DNA of 53,223 bases, the filler included, from Diploschistes diacapsis (taxonomy: Eukaryota), in assembly GCA_023645945.1 (NCBI GenBank). It is 3 parts of 3 records of this genome, joined end to end, with 100 filler letters (N's around TTAATTAATTAA, not from the genome) between each part and the next. Parts side by side here need not be neighbours in the genome. Positions count along the whole stretch, not along the records: positions 1 to 17,702 come from JALAIB010000443.1; positions 17,803 to 35,487 come from JALAIB010000444.1; 1 more part is not named here. One strand, written 5' to 3'. A program made the translations under genes and the position numbers. Below the pieces are notes generated by a model, which was given only the letters and a program-made list of their open reading frames with translations, was not told where the DNA came from and did not search any database. Below are positions 11,213-22,034 of this stretch, piece after piece (position 1 is the first letter of the stretch; every line of letters begins with the position of its first letter).

Positions 11213-13323
11213 ATGGCGTCTACCAGCATGGACGCACCAAGCAACAGGTCAAACCTTATAGCAAACCGGCGGCTAAGTCAGCAAATCTCCCCCGAGGATC
11301 AACATGAATCTAGCAAAGCGGTAGTTGTGGGCCTGTACGGCATTCCAGGCGCCGGCAAGACCACTTTGCTCAAACAGCTGAAAGCGCAACTCGCGCACGA
11401 GCCGTTTGCATTCTTTGAGGGTTCTGAGGAGATTTCCAAGCTCCTTGAAGGTGGCCTCGCTGCGTTCCAAACCCTGGACGAGGAGAGTAAAAGAGGCTTC
11501 CGGCAGACCGCAATCGACAACATTGGAAAACAATGTTCTGACAAGAACCGGGTTGGAATCGTCACTGGACATTTCATGTTTTGGTCTGGTATTGGAACCC
11601 CGAAGAAGCTGGAAAGACCGTTTACACGCAGAAGGATCTGGACACGTTCACACACATTCTTTACTTGAACATTCCAGCCGATACAATCGCGAAATACCGT
11701 CGTCAGGACGCTGGCACGAGAGATCGGCCGTCCCTTTCTGTTTCGGACCTGAATCAATGGCAGGAAGCTGAAAAGAAACAGCTAAGCCAGTTATGCCGCA
11801 AACACAGGATCTTGTTTTCAGTTGTCTCTCCTAGACCAACAATCCTGCATAGAGTCTCCGATTTACTGCATCATTTTCAGACTCAATCTGAGGAGCAGAG
11901 CCTATCACTCGCACGGATGAAGTTGGACGACGCCCTCGCCACTTATCGAGGCAAGCTGAAGACAGTAGTGGTTTTGGACGGCGATAGGACGCTGGCTGCT
12001 GAGGATACTGGTAAACTATTCTGGAAGATAGTCTCCAAATCTGAACAGTTGAGGAGCAAAGAAGATCCATTGAAGGAGTTATTCAACAGCTCCATGCAGT
12101 ACTCATACACCGCCTTTTGTCAGGCCACGCTGCTATATGAAGACGCGGTTGATGACCAAGAATTCGAATGTGTCTGCCATGACGTAGCATTAGCAGTACA
12201 GATGCACTCAGACTTTGTGTCTCTGCTGCAAGAGGTTGCAAGGCATGAGCATGTCCAAGCGGTGGTCATCACTTGTGGACTGCGCCGTGTCTGGGAAAAG
12301 GTACTTGAGATACAAGGGCTTTCCAAGACAGTAAAGGTTATTGGTGGGGGACGTATTTCGGATGGCCTTGTCGTCACAGCTGCTGTGAAAACCGCCTTGG
12401 TTACACGTCTGAAAGAAGTTTACCGTGTGTACGTTTGGGTGTTCGGAGACAGTCTGCTAGACCTAGGTATGATGGGTAAAGCGGATCGAGCCATTGTGGT
12501 CGTTGGAGATCAGAGAGCCAGAAGCCATCGTATGGATGCAGAGCTGTCGAACGCACTCGATAAGCATGGTCTCCGGGCATGCCAAGTCGTACTCCCTGCC
12601 AATGCACCACCGCGGTTGGATACAACCATTCTTCCTCTAATCCAGCTTGGGCAGCAAGAACTCCATGCCATCATGCGCCATGACAGTCACCATGTTGGGG
12701 TCGAAGTTATCGACGCAACGAACAGGAATGCGACCAAACTGCTCACAACACCAACGCGCGATGCAAAAGTCACCGGCCCAGCCTTAAGGAAGGCCCATCG
12801 GCGTATCGGAAGGTATTTGGTGACCGAATTCTTAACTGAAATGATCGGACTCGAGGAGTATCAGATTACGCATGTTCTGGGAATTCCCACCAGCGGCTTC
12901 CAACTTCTCCATGAGAAGCAAACAACAATTGTGGCGCTGATGCGCGGTGGAGAGCCCATGGCCTCTGGTGTGAGCGAAGCCCTGCCACTCGCTGTGTTCG
13001 TCCATGCCAGCCGCCCTGAGGATCTCAAAGCTCACCATATAGACGGGCAACTGACCGTGTTACTAGTCGATTCAGTTGTCAATACCGGAAATTCAGTAAT
13101 AGAGTTCGTGCAACGAGTTCTCAATCTATCCCCAACTATCCGTGTTGTAATCATTGCGAGCGTCGTTCAATCTCAATCAGTCTCGGAAAATAGCCAGATT
13201 CAGGCACTCAGGCACCGCACGAACATCAGCCTCGTGGCACTTCGCCTATCTGACACCAAATACACTGGAAGCCGTGAGACCGATACCGGTAATCGTCTTT
13301 TTAACACGACGCATTTACCTTAA
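11213..13323 (+). CDS. Tri-domain protein: P-loop nucleoside/nucleotide kinase-like + HAD phosphatase + uracil-phosphoribosyltransferase-like; frameshift at ~11579-11595
   Basis: GLYGIPGAGKTT Walker A; HAD motifs VVLDGDRTL, ITCG, conserved K and FGDSLLD; PRTase motifs LMRGG and VLLVDSVVNTG. ORF 11201-11668 and ORF 11581-13323 overlap in different frames with no plausible intron at the junction. Confidence 0.85.
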
Positions 13324-14900
13324 AAGTAATTATAGCGTCAATCATGCCTGTTGAACGACTATCGCCAAGTCTGGTCATAGGGATGGATGGCCGAAGACAC
13401 ATGTTCGACTCCGCTGTGAGATAGGACTTGGGCTTTGCAAGAACTTCCGGTGGTAGCGAGATATAGTGTATATATTCGTATACTCTAGCTGGACCAAGCC
13501 AAATCCAGGACTATGAATCATTAGGGGAGTGCTTCAGCCAGTTCATGTTCGAATCCATTATGAAGCTGTAATTGCCAGCATGAGCGGAAGTAACGCTCAT
13601 GTTTCAGACCGGTTGAAACCCCTAACGGCTCGCCGTATATGGGATGTTGCTGCTTTGATGCTTTCCTTTCCCTGTTCTTCATCATTTGCATGCACTGATC
13701 CGAGAAAGAACGGGTCTTATGGCCCTATAATCTAGCTTTTCTCGGGAGCGCCAAACTATTCGGCGCCCGTTGCTGTTCCGAGTTATTGAAACGTGTACTT
13801 GTTCCGTCATGTGTGTCTGTGAACGAGTGGTGCCCCCCGATCACGCTGAGGACGAATATCATACTCAGTTTTGAGGGTAGTGTTACCTGTGATGGTATCA
13901 AGAGACTCAAGAGCGCATTACTCATGGCTCTCGTTGTACTTCTTGGGCTCCGCATAACCAGCGACGTGGTTGAAAGAGTCTAAAGGCTCTTCTGGCAGCG
14001 AATACTTGATGAAGTGGCAGCTTCAGGTGTGTTTCGGTGAGCTGCGGATAGAAAGAGATGGCCGCCTCATCTTACTCTGTGGGCTAAGTCGAAGCCATAT
14101 TGTATGGACGCCTTCACTTCGGCATTTATATGCCATCTAGTTCTGGTCTGGAAGCCTCAAATTTGATCGTTGTAGTTACGAGCGTAGATAGTTTCAATGA
14201 TCCCGGTTTCACCACCGGGGACTGCATGCAGTTGGTCGGGCAGTGACACGAATAAGTTGATGGATCACTCCAATGACGACTTGTAAGGCTAGTAGTGCCC
14301 CATGAAGACATCTGATGGAGCTGAGCTTAACGATAACTGGAGATATTCTTCATCAGAAGCTGGCCAAGCTTCGAAGGGTTGCGCTTGGAGTGTCAGCACG
14401 GCACTCTCCGGTTGTCTCAGGAGCACTCTCCACATATAGTGTGCCTGCCAAGTTTAGCTTATATCTAGTTCCCATAAGTAATGTGTATGCATTACATATA
14501 CGAGCCACAGCTGATAATGTTGCAAGAAGGGTTATCCAGATATCGATGATCTAAGCTCTCTAAGTGAGATTCAGATTAGGTAATACATTATTGTCACATG
14601 ATACGAGCGTATGAATAATTATCAGCCCTATAGTATTTGAGCGGAACAGGTAGTTGCTCTGAGTCAAACGGGATTTGCTCGCTTGATCGCCAGATACTCT
14701 ATGGGAAGTTCCTGGCGCTGTTTGTGAAGTAAGGAAAGCACAAAAGACTTTAGTGATCCAAGCTATCAGTGGTCTAGCACTTGTTCAAGGATTCAGAATA
14801 CAACACACACGAGGGGTCAATATCAAAAGCCCCACAGTCGTGTCGTGAAGCATTGGAACAGGTACGATTGCCCGCGTTGTCGCCACTCAGGGCTGCCAAT

Positions 14901-16937
14901 ATGCCGCCAAAGGCTACGACTCAAGTTGCTTTGGGTAGTCAAGGTGGCCTCGCTGAGAAGGATGCAATATTCAAGGGTGGCTTTCTCGCCAGCGTCTACC
15001 AAGAGAGGCCCAAGGGGTCGCCCGGAATCGAGAAGGTCACCACTCGTTTTCCACCCGAGCCCAATGGTTTCCTCCACTTGGGTCATAGCAAAGCCATCAC
15101 AATCAACTTCGGGTTTGCAAGGTACCATGGCGGTGACTGCTACTTACGGTTTGACGATACCAACCCCGGAGCTGAAGAAGGCAGGTTTTTTGATGCCATT
15201 GAAGAGATGATCGCCTGGCTAGGTTTTAAGCCGATTAAAGTTACCTATTCTAGCGATAACTTTGACAAACTGTATGAGCTCGCTGAGCAACTAATTCAAG
15301 ACGACGGGGCTTATGTCTGCCATTGCACCCAGGAGCAAGTCAAGGCTTCAAGAGGCGTAGGTGAAGACGGTAAAGGAGGCGGGAAAAGGGCTGCCTGCGC
15401 CCATCGAGATCGGCCAATCAGCGAGTCGCTGAAGGAGTTCAGAGCGATGAAAGACGGTAAATATGCCGCCGGAGAAGCCGTACTACGGATGAAGCAAGAT
15501 CTTTCTGACGGGAATCCTCAAATGTGGGATCTTGCTGCTTATCGAATACCCAAAGAAAGCCGACCCCATCATCGGACTGGAAGGACCTGGAAGATTTATC
15601 CCACGTATGACTACACACATTGTCTTTGCGATAGCTTTGAGGGAATCACCCACTCGCTCTGTACTACTGAGTTCGAATTATCGAGACAGTCATATGAATG
15701 GCTTTGCCACCGGGTTAAAGTATACACGCCCATGCAGAGGGAGTTTGGTAGGCTGAGCCTTGAAGGAGTGGTTTTGTCGAAGCGAAAACTCACGGCTCTC
15801 GTCCAGAAAGGCTATGTCCATGGCTGGGATGATCCAAGGCTTTACACCTTAATTGCTCTCCGTCGCCGTGGAGTACCTCCAGGAGCCATTCTATCGTTCG
15901 TCAATGACCTTGGTGTCACAAAGGCTAACGCATTCATTGAGGTTACAAGGTTCGAGCAGTATCTTCGGAAATACCTGGAGACTACTGTCCCACGCCTGAA
16001 TGTGATTCTAGATCCTATACCTGTGGTAATCGAGAACCTCCCGGATGAATACCTTGAGATGGTCGAGCTGCCTTTTTCCAAGGACCCCGCATTTGGAAAT
16101 CACTCCATACCCTTCACCAAGACTGTTTACATTGAGCACGGCGATTTTCGCGAAGAGGACTCGAAGGACTACTTCCGGTTAGCGCCTGGAAAGGCGGTTG
16201 GTCTACTCAAGGTGCCGTACCCCATTATAGCTACAGGTTTCGAGAAGGGCAGCGATGGCCGTGTATCAAAAGTACAGGCTACATATGTAGAGCCAGACGC
16301 GGATGGGAAATTCAAAAAGCCAAAGGCATATATCCAATGGGTCGGACACTCTCCCTCGCACCATAGTCCGTTAAAAGCGCGCGTAAGGTACATGCACAGC
16401 CTATTCGACCGAAAAGATCCGGATACGCATCCCGATGGCTGGGAGGCGAGTGTCAACCATAGCTCTGAGGAGTGGTTCAACGACGCACTCATTGAGCCCG
16501 GCTTCCTCGAGATTAAGCGCAGAGCGCCCTGGCCGGAGGAAGCTGGGGAGAAGGGCCTAGGGGAAGGCCAAGCCAAACCCGAGACTGTGCGCTTCCAGGG
16601 ACAGCGGACAGCGTACTTTTGCGAAGACAAGGATAGTGCGCCGGACAATATCGTCTTGAACAGGATTGTTAGCTTAAAAGAGGACACGGGTAAGCAGGAC
16701 GATACGGGAAAAAAGGAGGGCGCCGAAAAGGTCGGGGATTTAGCGAAGAGTGAGAACAAGAAAAGGAAAGAGGATAAGAAAAAGAAGAAAGGTATTGAGA
16801 AGAAGGCTACGGAAAATAAAGACGCCGAGAAAAAGGACAAGGAGACAGAAGACGCGGAGAAGAACAACAAGGAGGAGGAGGGTACGGAGAAGACGACGCA
16901 AGATCTACCACTACGACAGAAGGATACAGAGAAGTAA
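14901..16937 (+). CDS. GLN4: Glutaminyl-tRNA synthetase (intronless, 678 aa from ATG 14901)
   Basis: TRFPPEPNGFLHLGH (HIGH motif), LRFDDTNP, YPTYDYTHCLCDS, ITHSLCTTEF, VLSKRK, GWDDPRL; anticodon-binding region; K/E-rich C-terminal tail. Confidence 0.95.
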   Translation: MPPKATTQVALGSQGGLAEKDAIFKGGFLASVYQERPKGSPGIEKVTTRFPPEPNGFLHLGHSKAITINFGFARYHGGDCYLRFDDTNPGAEEGRFFDAIEEMIAWLGFKPIKVTYSSDNFDKLYELAEQLIQDDGAYVCHCTQEQVKASRGVGEDGKGGGKRAACAHRDRPISESLKEFRAMKDGKYAAGEAVLRMKQDLSDGNPQMWDLAAYRIPKESRPHHRTGRTWKIYPTYDYTHCLCDSFEGITHSLCTTEFELSRQSYEWLCHRVKVYTPMQREFGRLSLEGVVLSKRKLTALVQKGYVHGWDDPRLYTLIALRRRGVPPGAILSFVNDLGVTKANAFIEVTRFEQYLRKYLETTVPRLNVILDPIPVVIENLPDEYLEMVELPFSKDPAFGNHSIPFTKTVYIEHGDFREEDSKDYFRLAPGKAVGLLKVPYPIIATGFEKGSDGRVSKVQATYVEPDADGKFKKPKAYIQWVGHSPSHHSPLKARVRYMHSLFDRKDPDTHPDGWEASVNHSSEEWFNDALIEPGFLEIKRRAPWPEEAGEKGLGEGQAKPETVRFQGQRTAYFCEDKDSAPDNIVLNRIVSLKEDTGKQDDTGKKEGAEKVGDLAKSENKKRKEDKKKKKGIEKKATENKDAEKKDKETEDAEKNNKEEEGTEKTTQDLPLRQKDTEK

Positions 16938-17702
16938 AGGCTGGATCGAATGGCTCAACTTCCCCAAAAACTGGCAGGCGAGCCAACTTTCGGCTCGGTT
17001 TCCAGATGGCGACCTCGACACGATGAGGGACACCAGTCCTCATCTGCCCCTGCGGGAAGTAGAACCTGCTCCAGGTAGCGTCGAGGCGATGCTTGCGCCG
17101 AACATCATCTGGCGTACGGACCATACGCTATCGGGAACTCTTGCTCATTTGTCACTCGAAGTAGTTCGTATATTACCTGAGAAGCTTCTGGGAAATTAGG
17201 GGAAAGCCTAACTGGGTCAGGTGCAGAGGTATCAACACGGTCCTGCTTATGGCTGGGTATCGTAGAGGCAGTAATAGGCGATACATGGGATGAACCGGTC
17301 AAGTCTCGAAAACAGAATACATCGATTTCGCCCAAAGTGGTGATACACTTTGCCTCCATGAACGGATCTTCTAGGAATTTGTGCCGGTGCTTTTACGGTC
17401 CCAAATAGCACGGACGCAGTTCAGACCATGGATGGGCCTTCGCATTAGATCTCGCTCACCAATATCATACTCCCCTTCACGCTATATAGTCCCCAGAACT
17501 TATTGTATAGAACTATCCCAACCAGCCCAACTTCCACCTCCCAAACCACCCTTCATCCCAGAGCCCGAAGCCACGTCATTTCATAAATGCTAACCACAAA
17601 CCTAATCCCCTCCGACTCCCTCCTCGGCAGCGGCAAAAACACCGCATGCCTAACCTCGACATCGCTCCAATCCATCCCCCCACAGCCCTTGTCCTCCTCA
17701 GC

Positions 17703-17802
17703 NNNNNNNNNNNNNNNNNNNNNNNNNNNNNNNNNNNNNNNNNNNNTTAATTAATTAANNNNNNNNNNNNNNNNNNNNNNNNNNNNNNNNNNNNNNNNNN
17801 NN
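17703..17802. other. Artificial contig linker N44-TTAATTAATTAA-N44
   Basis: Exactly 100 nt; the central 12-mer gives stops in all six frames; an identical copy lies at 35488-35587. Confidence 0.98.
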
Positions 17803-18519
17803 CAATCGGCCCCACCGCCGCACCAGCCGTGCTTGCACTACTCGCACTCGACCCGGACCCCGTGGTAGCGGCCGAGCCGGTCGCGCTCACGCTAGACGTA
17901 CCACTCAAGCTGCTGCCAGTCGTCGCCACAGTGCCGCTAGGCCCAGCCGCACCCGAGCTTCCCGTCATCGTGCTGGCGCCAGCGCTCGCCGCGGTCGTGG
18001 CGGGAGCCGAAGACGCGGGGCTGGAGGTTGAGGCGGCGGTCGCGGCGCAGGTGGCGGCTGTTTCGGTAATTTGGACACCGTCGCTGAGATATAAGGGTCA
18101 GCGGGGAGAGGGCTGGGGAATGGCGGGTGGGTTTGGAGGAGGGATGGAGAGGGGGAGGAGTGGCGGATTGGATTGAATGGGATATGATGGGATAGTGTGG
18201 GGTGTCTTACGCCTGGCAGAATTGTTGCGCAAACTTCAGCGTGGCCTGCTGGTCACTGGTGGAGCACTTTTTGGAGACGCAGCAGGAGATGTTCGTGATG
18301 AAGGAGGAGTCGGAGCAGATACATTTGATGTCTTGCGCTTGGCAGGAGGAGGGGATTTGGACACAGGATTCCTAGGACAGGACGTGGATTAGCGGATTGT
18401 ACGGTATGAAAGGGTGGAGGGTGAGTATGAGATGGACCTACGGCACAAGCAGGCAAGGAACCCTGCGCGGCGGCGAGGGCAAGGAGCGAGGAGACGATGG
18501 CCAAGGTTGAGGGCTGCAT
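17803..18519 (-). CDS. CFEM-domain, probably GPI-anchored cell-surface protein (3' end truncated by the gap; introns 18372-18441 and 18084-18210)
   Basis: Signal peptide MQPSTLAIVSSLLALAAAQ. Spliced product PACA|ESCVQIPSSCQAQDIKCICSDSSFITNISCCVSKKCSTSDQQATLKFAQQFC shows the CFEM cysteine pattern with the Asp before CxC, followed by an S/T/A/G-rich stalk. Confidence 0.9.
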
Positions 18520-19093
18520 CTTCGCGTGCTATAGGGTCTTGACAGTTTTTGTAGTCGCTGATGTTGGGTCGCAGGGGAAGACAGAGCGCTGTGAATCGAG
18601 AAATCGGGACAAAGACAAGATCAAGGCTGAAAAAGGACAGGTGCAAAGGGTGGGAGTCGCCGCCATTTAAACGCCTTCAAGAGGGTTTGGAGAGGCTTTA
18701 GCTCCAGCCAACCAGGGTCGTTCCCATCACTACAGTGAGTAGCGTGCCTAACTGGGTTGGAGCAGGACCCGGATTGGTGAGTAGGAAGAGCGACTAGCGT
18801 CTGGATGTTTAAGCTCTTTGGGACGGCCTTGGGCAGGATGCCGAGGCTGATGATGATGCGGACACACATTGGTAACAGAAATTATTGCAAGATCAAAAAC
18901 TCGAACTTGTGACAGTACAAGAACGTTAAAGCAACGCATATTGTGCTATATCAAAACGAAACGCCAGAGATAATCAAAGGACACTTGGGTTTTGTACATG
19001 CAGTTCATACGGATGTATACAGTATGCAGTGTGAAAATCGTGAGCTCTATACGCCTCGAATCAAGACGTTCGCCATCATGACGATGATAACAT

Positions 19094-19528
19094 CTACAGC
19101 TTCGATTTCCTCTGCGAACTTCCCTTCTGCCCTTCCGGCCCGTTGTCATGATCAACCGGATCGTCCTTGCGGTCCGTCGTTTCCGCCTTCAAGCTTGTCG
19201 GGTCCCCTAGCATCGTCCTGTTCTTTCCGCCCTTCTCTGCCTGCTCGATCTTGTCCTTCATCATTCCCTTCAGCGTTCGGCCATCCTTCATGGTATTGCC
19301 GTACGGTTTGCCGGACGAGTCTGAGGCATCCCTGAGGTTTTGCTGCTCCTGAGACCCGGGCTGATCGCCCTCGGTGGGTGCTGGGGCTTGCGTGCCTTCT
19401 TCCTTCCCTGTCCCAGTCCCAGCTTGATTGGCCTCGCTAGGTGTTGGGGCTTTCGTGATTTCGTCTTTCTGCGATCGAGGCTGGTCGCCTTCGGTAGGTG
19501 TTGGAGTTTCAGAAGGTGGGGGAGCCAT
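19094..19528 (-). CDS. Small hydrophilic hypothetical protein (144 aa)
   Basis: ATG ORF, highly charged, with an internal duplication of PTEGDQP and a C-terminal LGDPTSLKAET segment that resembles a motif in small fungal hypothetical proteins. Confidence 0.65.
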   Translation of the reverse strand: MAPPPSETPTPTEGDQPRSQKDEITKAPTPSEANQAGTGTGKEEGTQAPAPTEGDQPGSQEQQNLRDASDSSGKPYGNTMKDGRTLKGMMKDKIEQAEKGGKNRTMLGDPTSLKAETTDRKDDPVDHDNGPEGQKGSSQRKSKL

Positions 19529-20127
19529 TGGAGCAAATTGTTATGTGTAAAAGGGATGCAGGATTGATTGTGTTAATTTCGAAAAGTGAAGTATAGTAGA
19601 AGCTGTACGCAGGAGATAAGAACAGCTGTTTTAGTGATGTATTTCAACGTCTTCCAACATACTCTCCCCGAGGTAAGAGCGGTCATGACGTTGTGATACT
19701 AAAAGACCGAGCAGGCACACGTGAAAGCGCACGTTCAGATCAGTGACACTTACAAAGACGTCCTTCCCATTGATACCGTTTGCTCAGCCGTAGGCAGCAA
19801 TAGCTACAGGGTAATTAGTAGTATTGATCAGCTTCTTTAATTATAACCGTTAAAATGCATATTTTCTCCAGTTAGGGCATTGTTTTGAGATCGGAACCTG
19901 CGCTTCTGCAACTGCCGATCAAGGCTTTCTTGGCACGGCTTTAACGTGCACCCGAAGCAACCCTGATCGAACACTTCAGCACGCTCTAACTCTGCATGCG
20001 AGAAGCGTGCACAGGCGTTCTGTCGCACGAGCATACAAGCCGACGATGCTTTCTGTGTGACTGGGGCACTTGATGCCAAAAGGAAACCCGGGCGCCCTCA
20101 CAGGATTCATCATCAACAGAAGTCACG

Positions 20128-22034
20128 ATGGGTCTCGGAGTTCTCAACATACGGGAGCAGAACGTACCCGGTGAGCTGACGTACTTGCAGTAAATGAATT
20201 TCAGAGTCGCTAATAAGAGTTGCCAGGTACGGTGAACGTGTTTGAACAGGAAGGACAAACAAAAGAGGCTGGACATCTAAAGAAACATGGCGACATCATC
20301 CTCGTTCCGCAACCCAGCGATGACCCCAATGATCCATTAGTATGGATAGGTACCGCATCAATGGCTCAGGGACCAATGCTGAAAATTGCAGAACTGGCCG
20401 CTATGGAAGCGCGATCTGATCCTGTTCATCCTCTGCCTCATCTCCCTCATCGCATCTACCTTGTCGCCTCTGCTTGCCGCGAACACCATCACCCTCTCGC
20501 TCTGGTTCGAGCTACCGTTCACCGAAGTCGCACTTTTGACCGGATATCATCTGCTTGGCGTTGGGGTTGCAGGCTTCATCTTCGTCGCGTCAGCGAGGGT
20601 ATGGGGGAAGAGGCACCTATATCTTCTTGGGACTCTCATCATTATTATAAGTAGTGCATGGGGCGGAGGCAGCGGGACAAATTACTCAAGCATATTATGG
20701 GCGAGGATATTTCAGGGGGTCGGACTTGCGCCGTTCGAAGCCCTCGTCAATGCCAGCGTGGGAGATTTGTACTTTGTCCATGTACGTTCTTTGATTGCCT
20801 CTAATTTGAGCCCTTACTAATGGCTCCAGGAACGAGGCTTGCGCATGGCCGCATCAAACATGTCCTTGTTCGGCGGTGCCTTCTTCACGCCTATTCTAGT
20901 AGGCAAGATAACAGCTACGTTAGGTTGGCAGTGGACATTCAACCTCATCGCCATCTTCGCTGGAGCCCTTTTCCCCTTCATCTTCTTTTTCGTACCCGAA
21001 ACCGCTTATCGTCGAGCTGACCATCTCAACACTGACATGCAACGACTGGACAGTGTTGGGCACGACAGCACGGGGCAGAGACATTCAGGGAGTACCAATG
21101 GCAATTTAGCGAACAACGACAACATTGAAGTTGCACAAAGGGGACACCACGAGCCGAACGGCAGCATGAGCCCTCCGGCCAAGATGAGCTACGCTCAGAG
21201 CCTCTCACCTTTCAATGGTCGCAAGACAGACGAAAACTTCTTCAAGCTACTCCTGCGACCCTTTCCTCTTTTCTTCCACCCTGCTATTTTCTGGGGCTGT
21301 CTCATACAAGGCGCACTTATCGGCTGGACCGTTATGATTGGCGTCGTCCTGGCTGCCATCTTCCTTGGCCCGCCTCTATGGTTCGATCAAGTGGTCACTG
21401 GCTACATGTACACTGGTCCTTTCATAGGAGCGGTTCTCGGCTTCCTGCTTGCCGGTCTGCTGTCAGATTGGAGCACGAAGCTTATGATTCGAAGGAACAA
21501 TGGCGTCTTTGAGCCAGAGTTCCGCATCGTGCTTGTTATTCCACAGATGGTTTTCGGATGTGTGGGTTTGTATGGCTTTGGGTGGGCAGCGGTTAACGTC
21601 CAACCTGGAGGATACTTTTTGCCGGACTTTTTCTTTGCTCTGGAAGTTATGGGAATGGTTGTCGGCGCTGTTGCAAGCGGTTTGTATATTGTTGATGCGC
21701 ATCGTAAGCTTCCCATTCAGCCCAAAGCTTATCTTGTTAATTGTTCCTAGGCGAGATCGCAGTAGAAGCCTTTACCTGTCTCCTCATTTTCAAGAACATT
21801 TTCAGTTTCGGCCTCACCTGGAGCGCATATGACTGGCTGATCCAAGCTGGAATCGGGCCGATTTTCATCGCTATGGGGTCTGTACAGATTGGCATATGTC
21901 TTTTGAGTATTCCTATGTGTAAGTGCTTCGCTCATCATTCATGCGTTATCTAACCTTTGTCAGATGTATTTGGGAAGTGGAACAGGCATTTGACGAGAAA
22001 ATACGATGTTCTCAAGATTCTGCATCTCTCCTAG
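20128..22034 (+). CDS. MFS transporter (HOL1-like), 6 exons
   Basis: MGLGVL start, PQPSDDPNDPL|NWP, WGKRHLY, ARIFQG, GWQW, VPET, FEPEFR. Frame-consistent GT-AG introns at 20171-20226, 20340-20391, 20782-20829, 21704-21750 and 21919-21963. Confidence 0.93.

Noticed and set aside
13600..14410. Possible minus-strand pseudogene (SAVLTLQAQPFEAW...HY*PYKSSLE*SINLF...QI*GFQ...RVR*)
   Set aside because: Four stops in about 115 codons is not clearly below random expectation, and no family motif was recognised. BLASTx would be needed.
14781..14900. TTG-initiated N-terminal extension of GlnRS
   Set aside because: Eukaryotic gene; the first in-frame ATG at 14901 is the more plausible start.
16169..16870. 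233-aa minus-strand F/S-rich ORF
   Set aside because: Antisense of the GlnRS K/E-rich tail.
17747..17758. TTAATTAATTAA as a piggyBac target site or regulatory palindrome
   Set aside because: Centred in symmetric N44 runs and repeated identically at 35532-35543, so it is an assembly linker.
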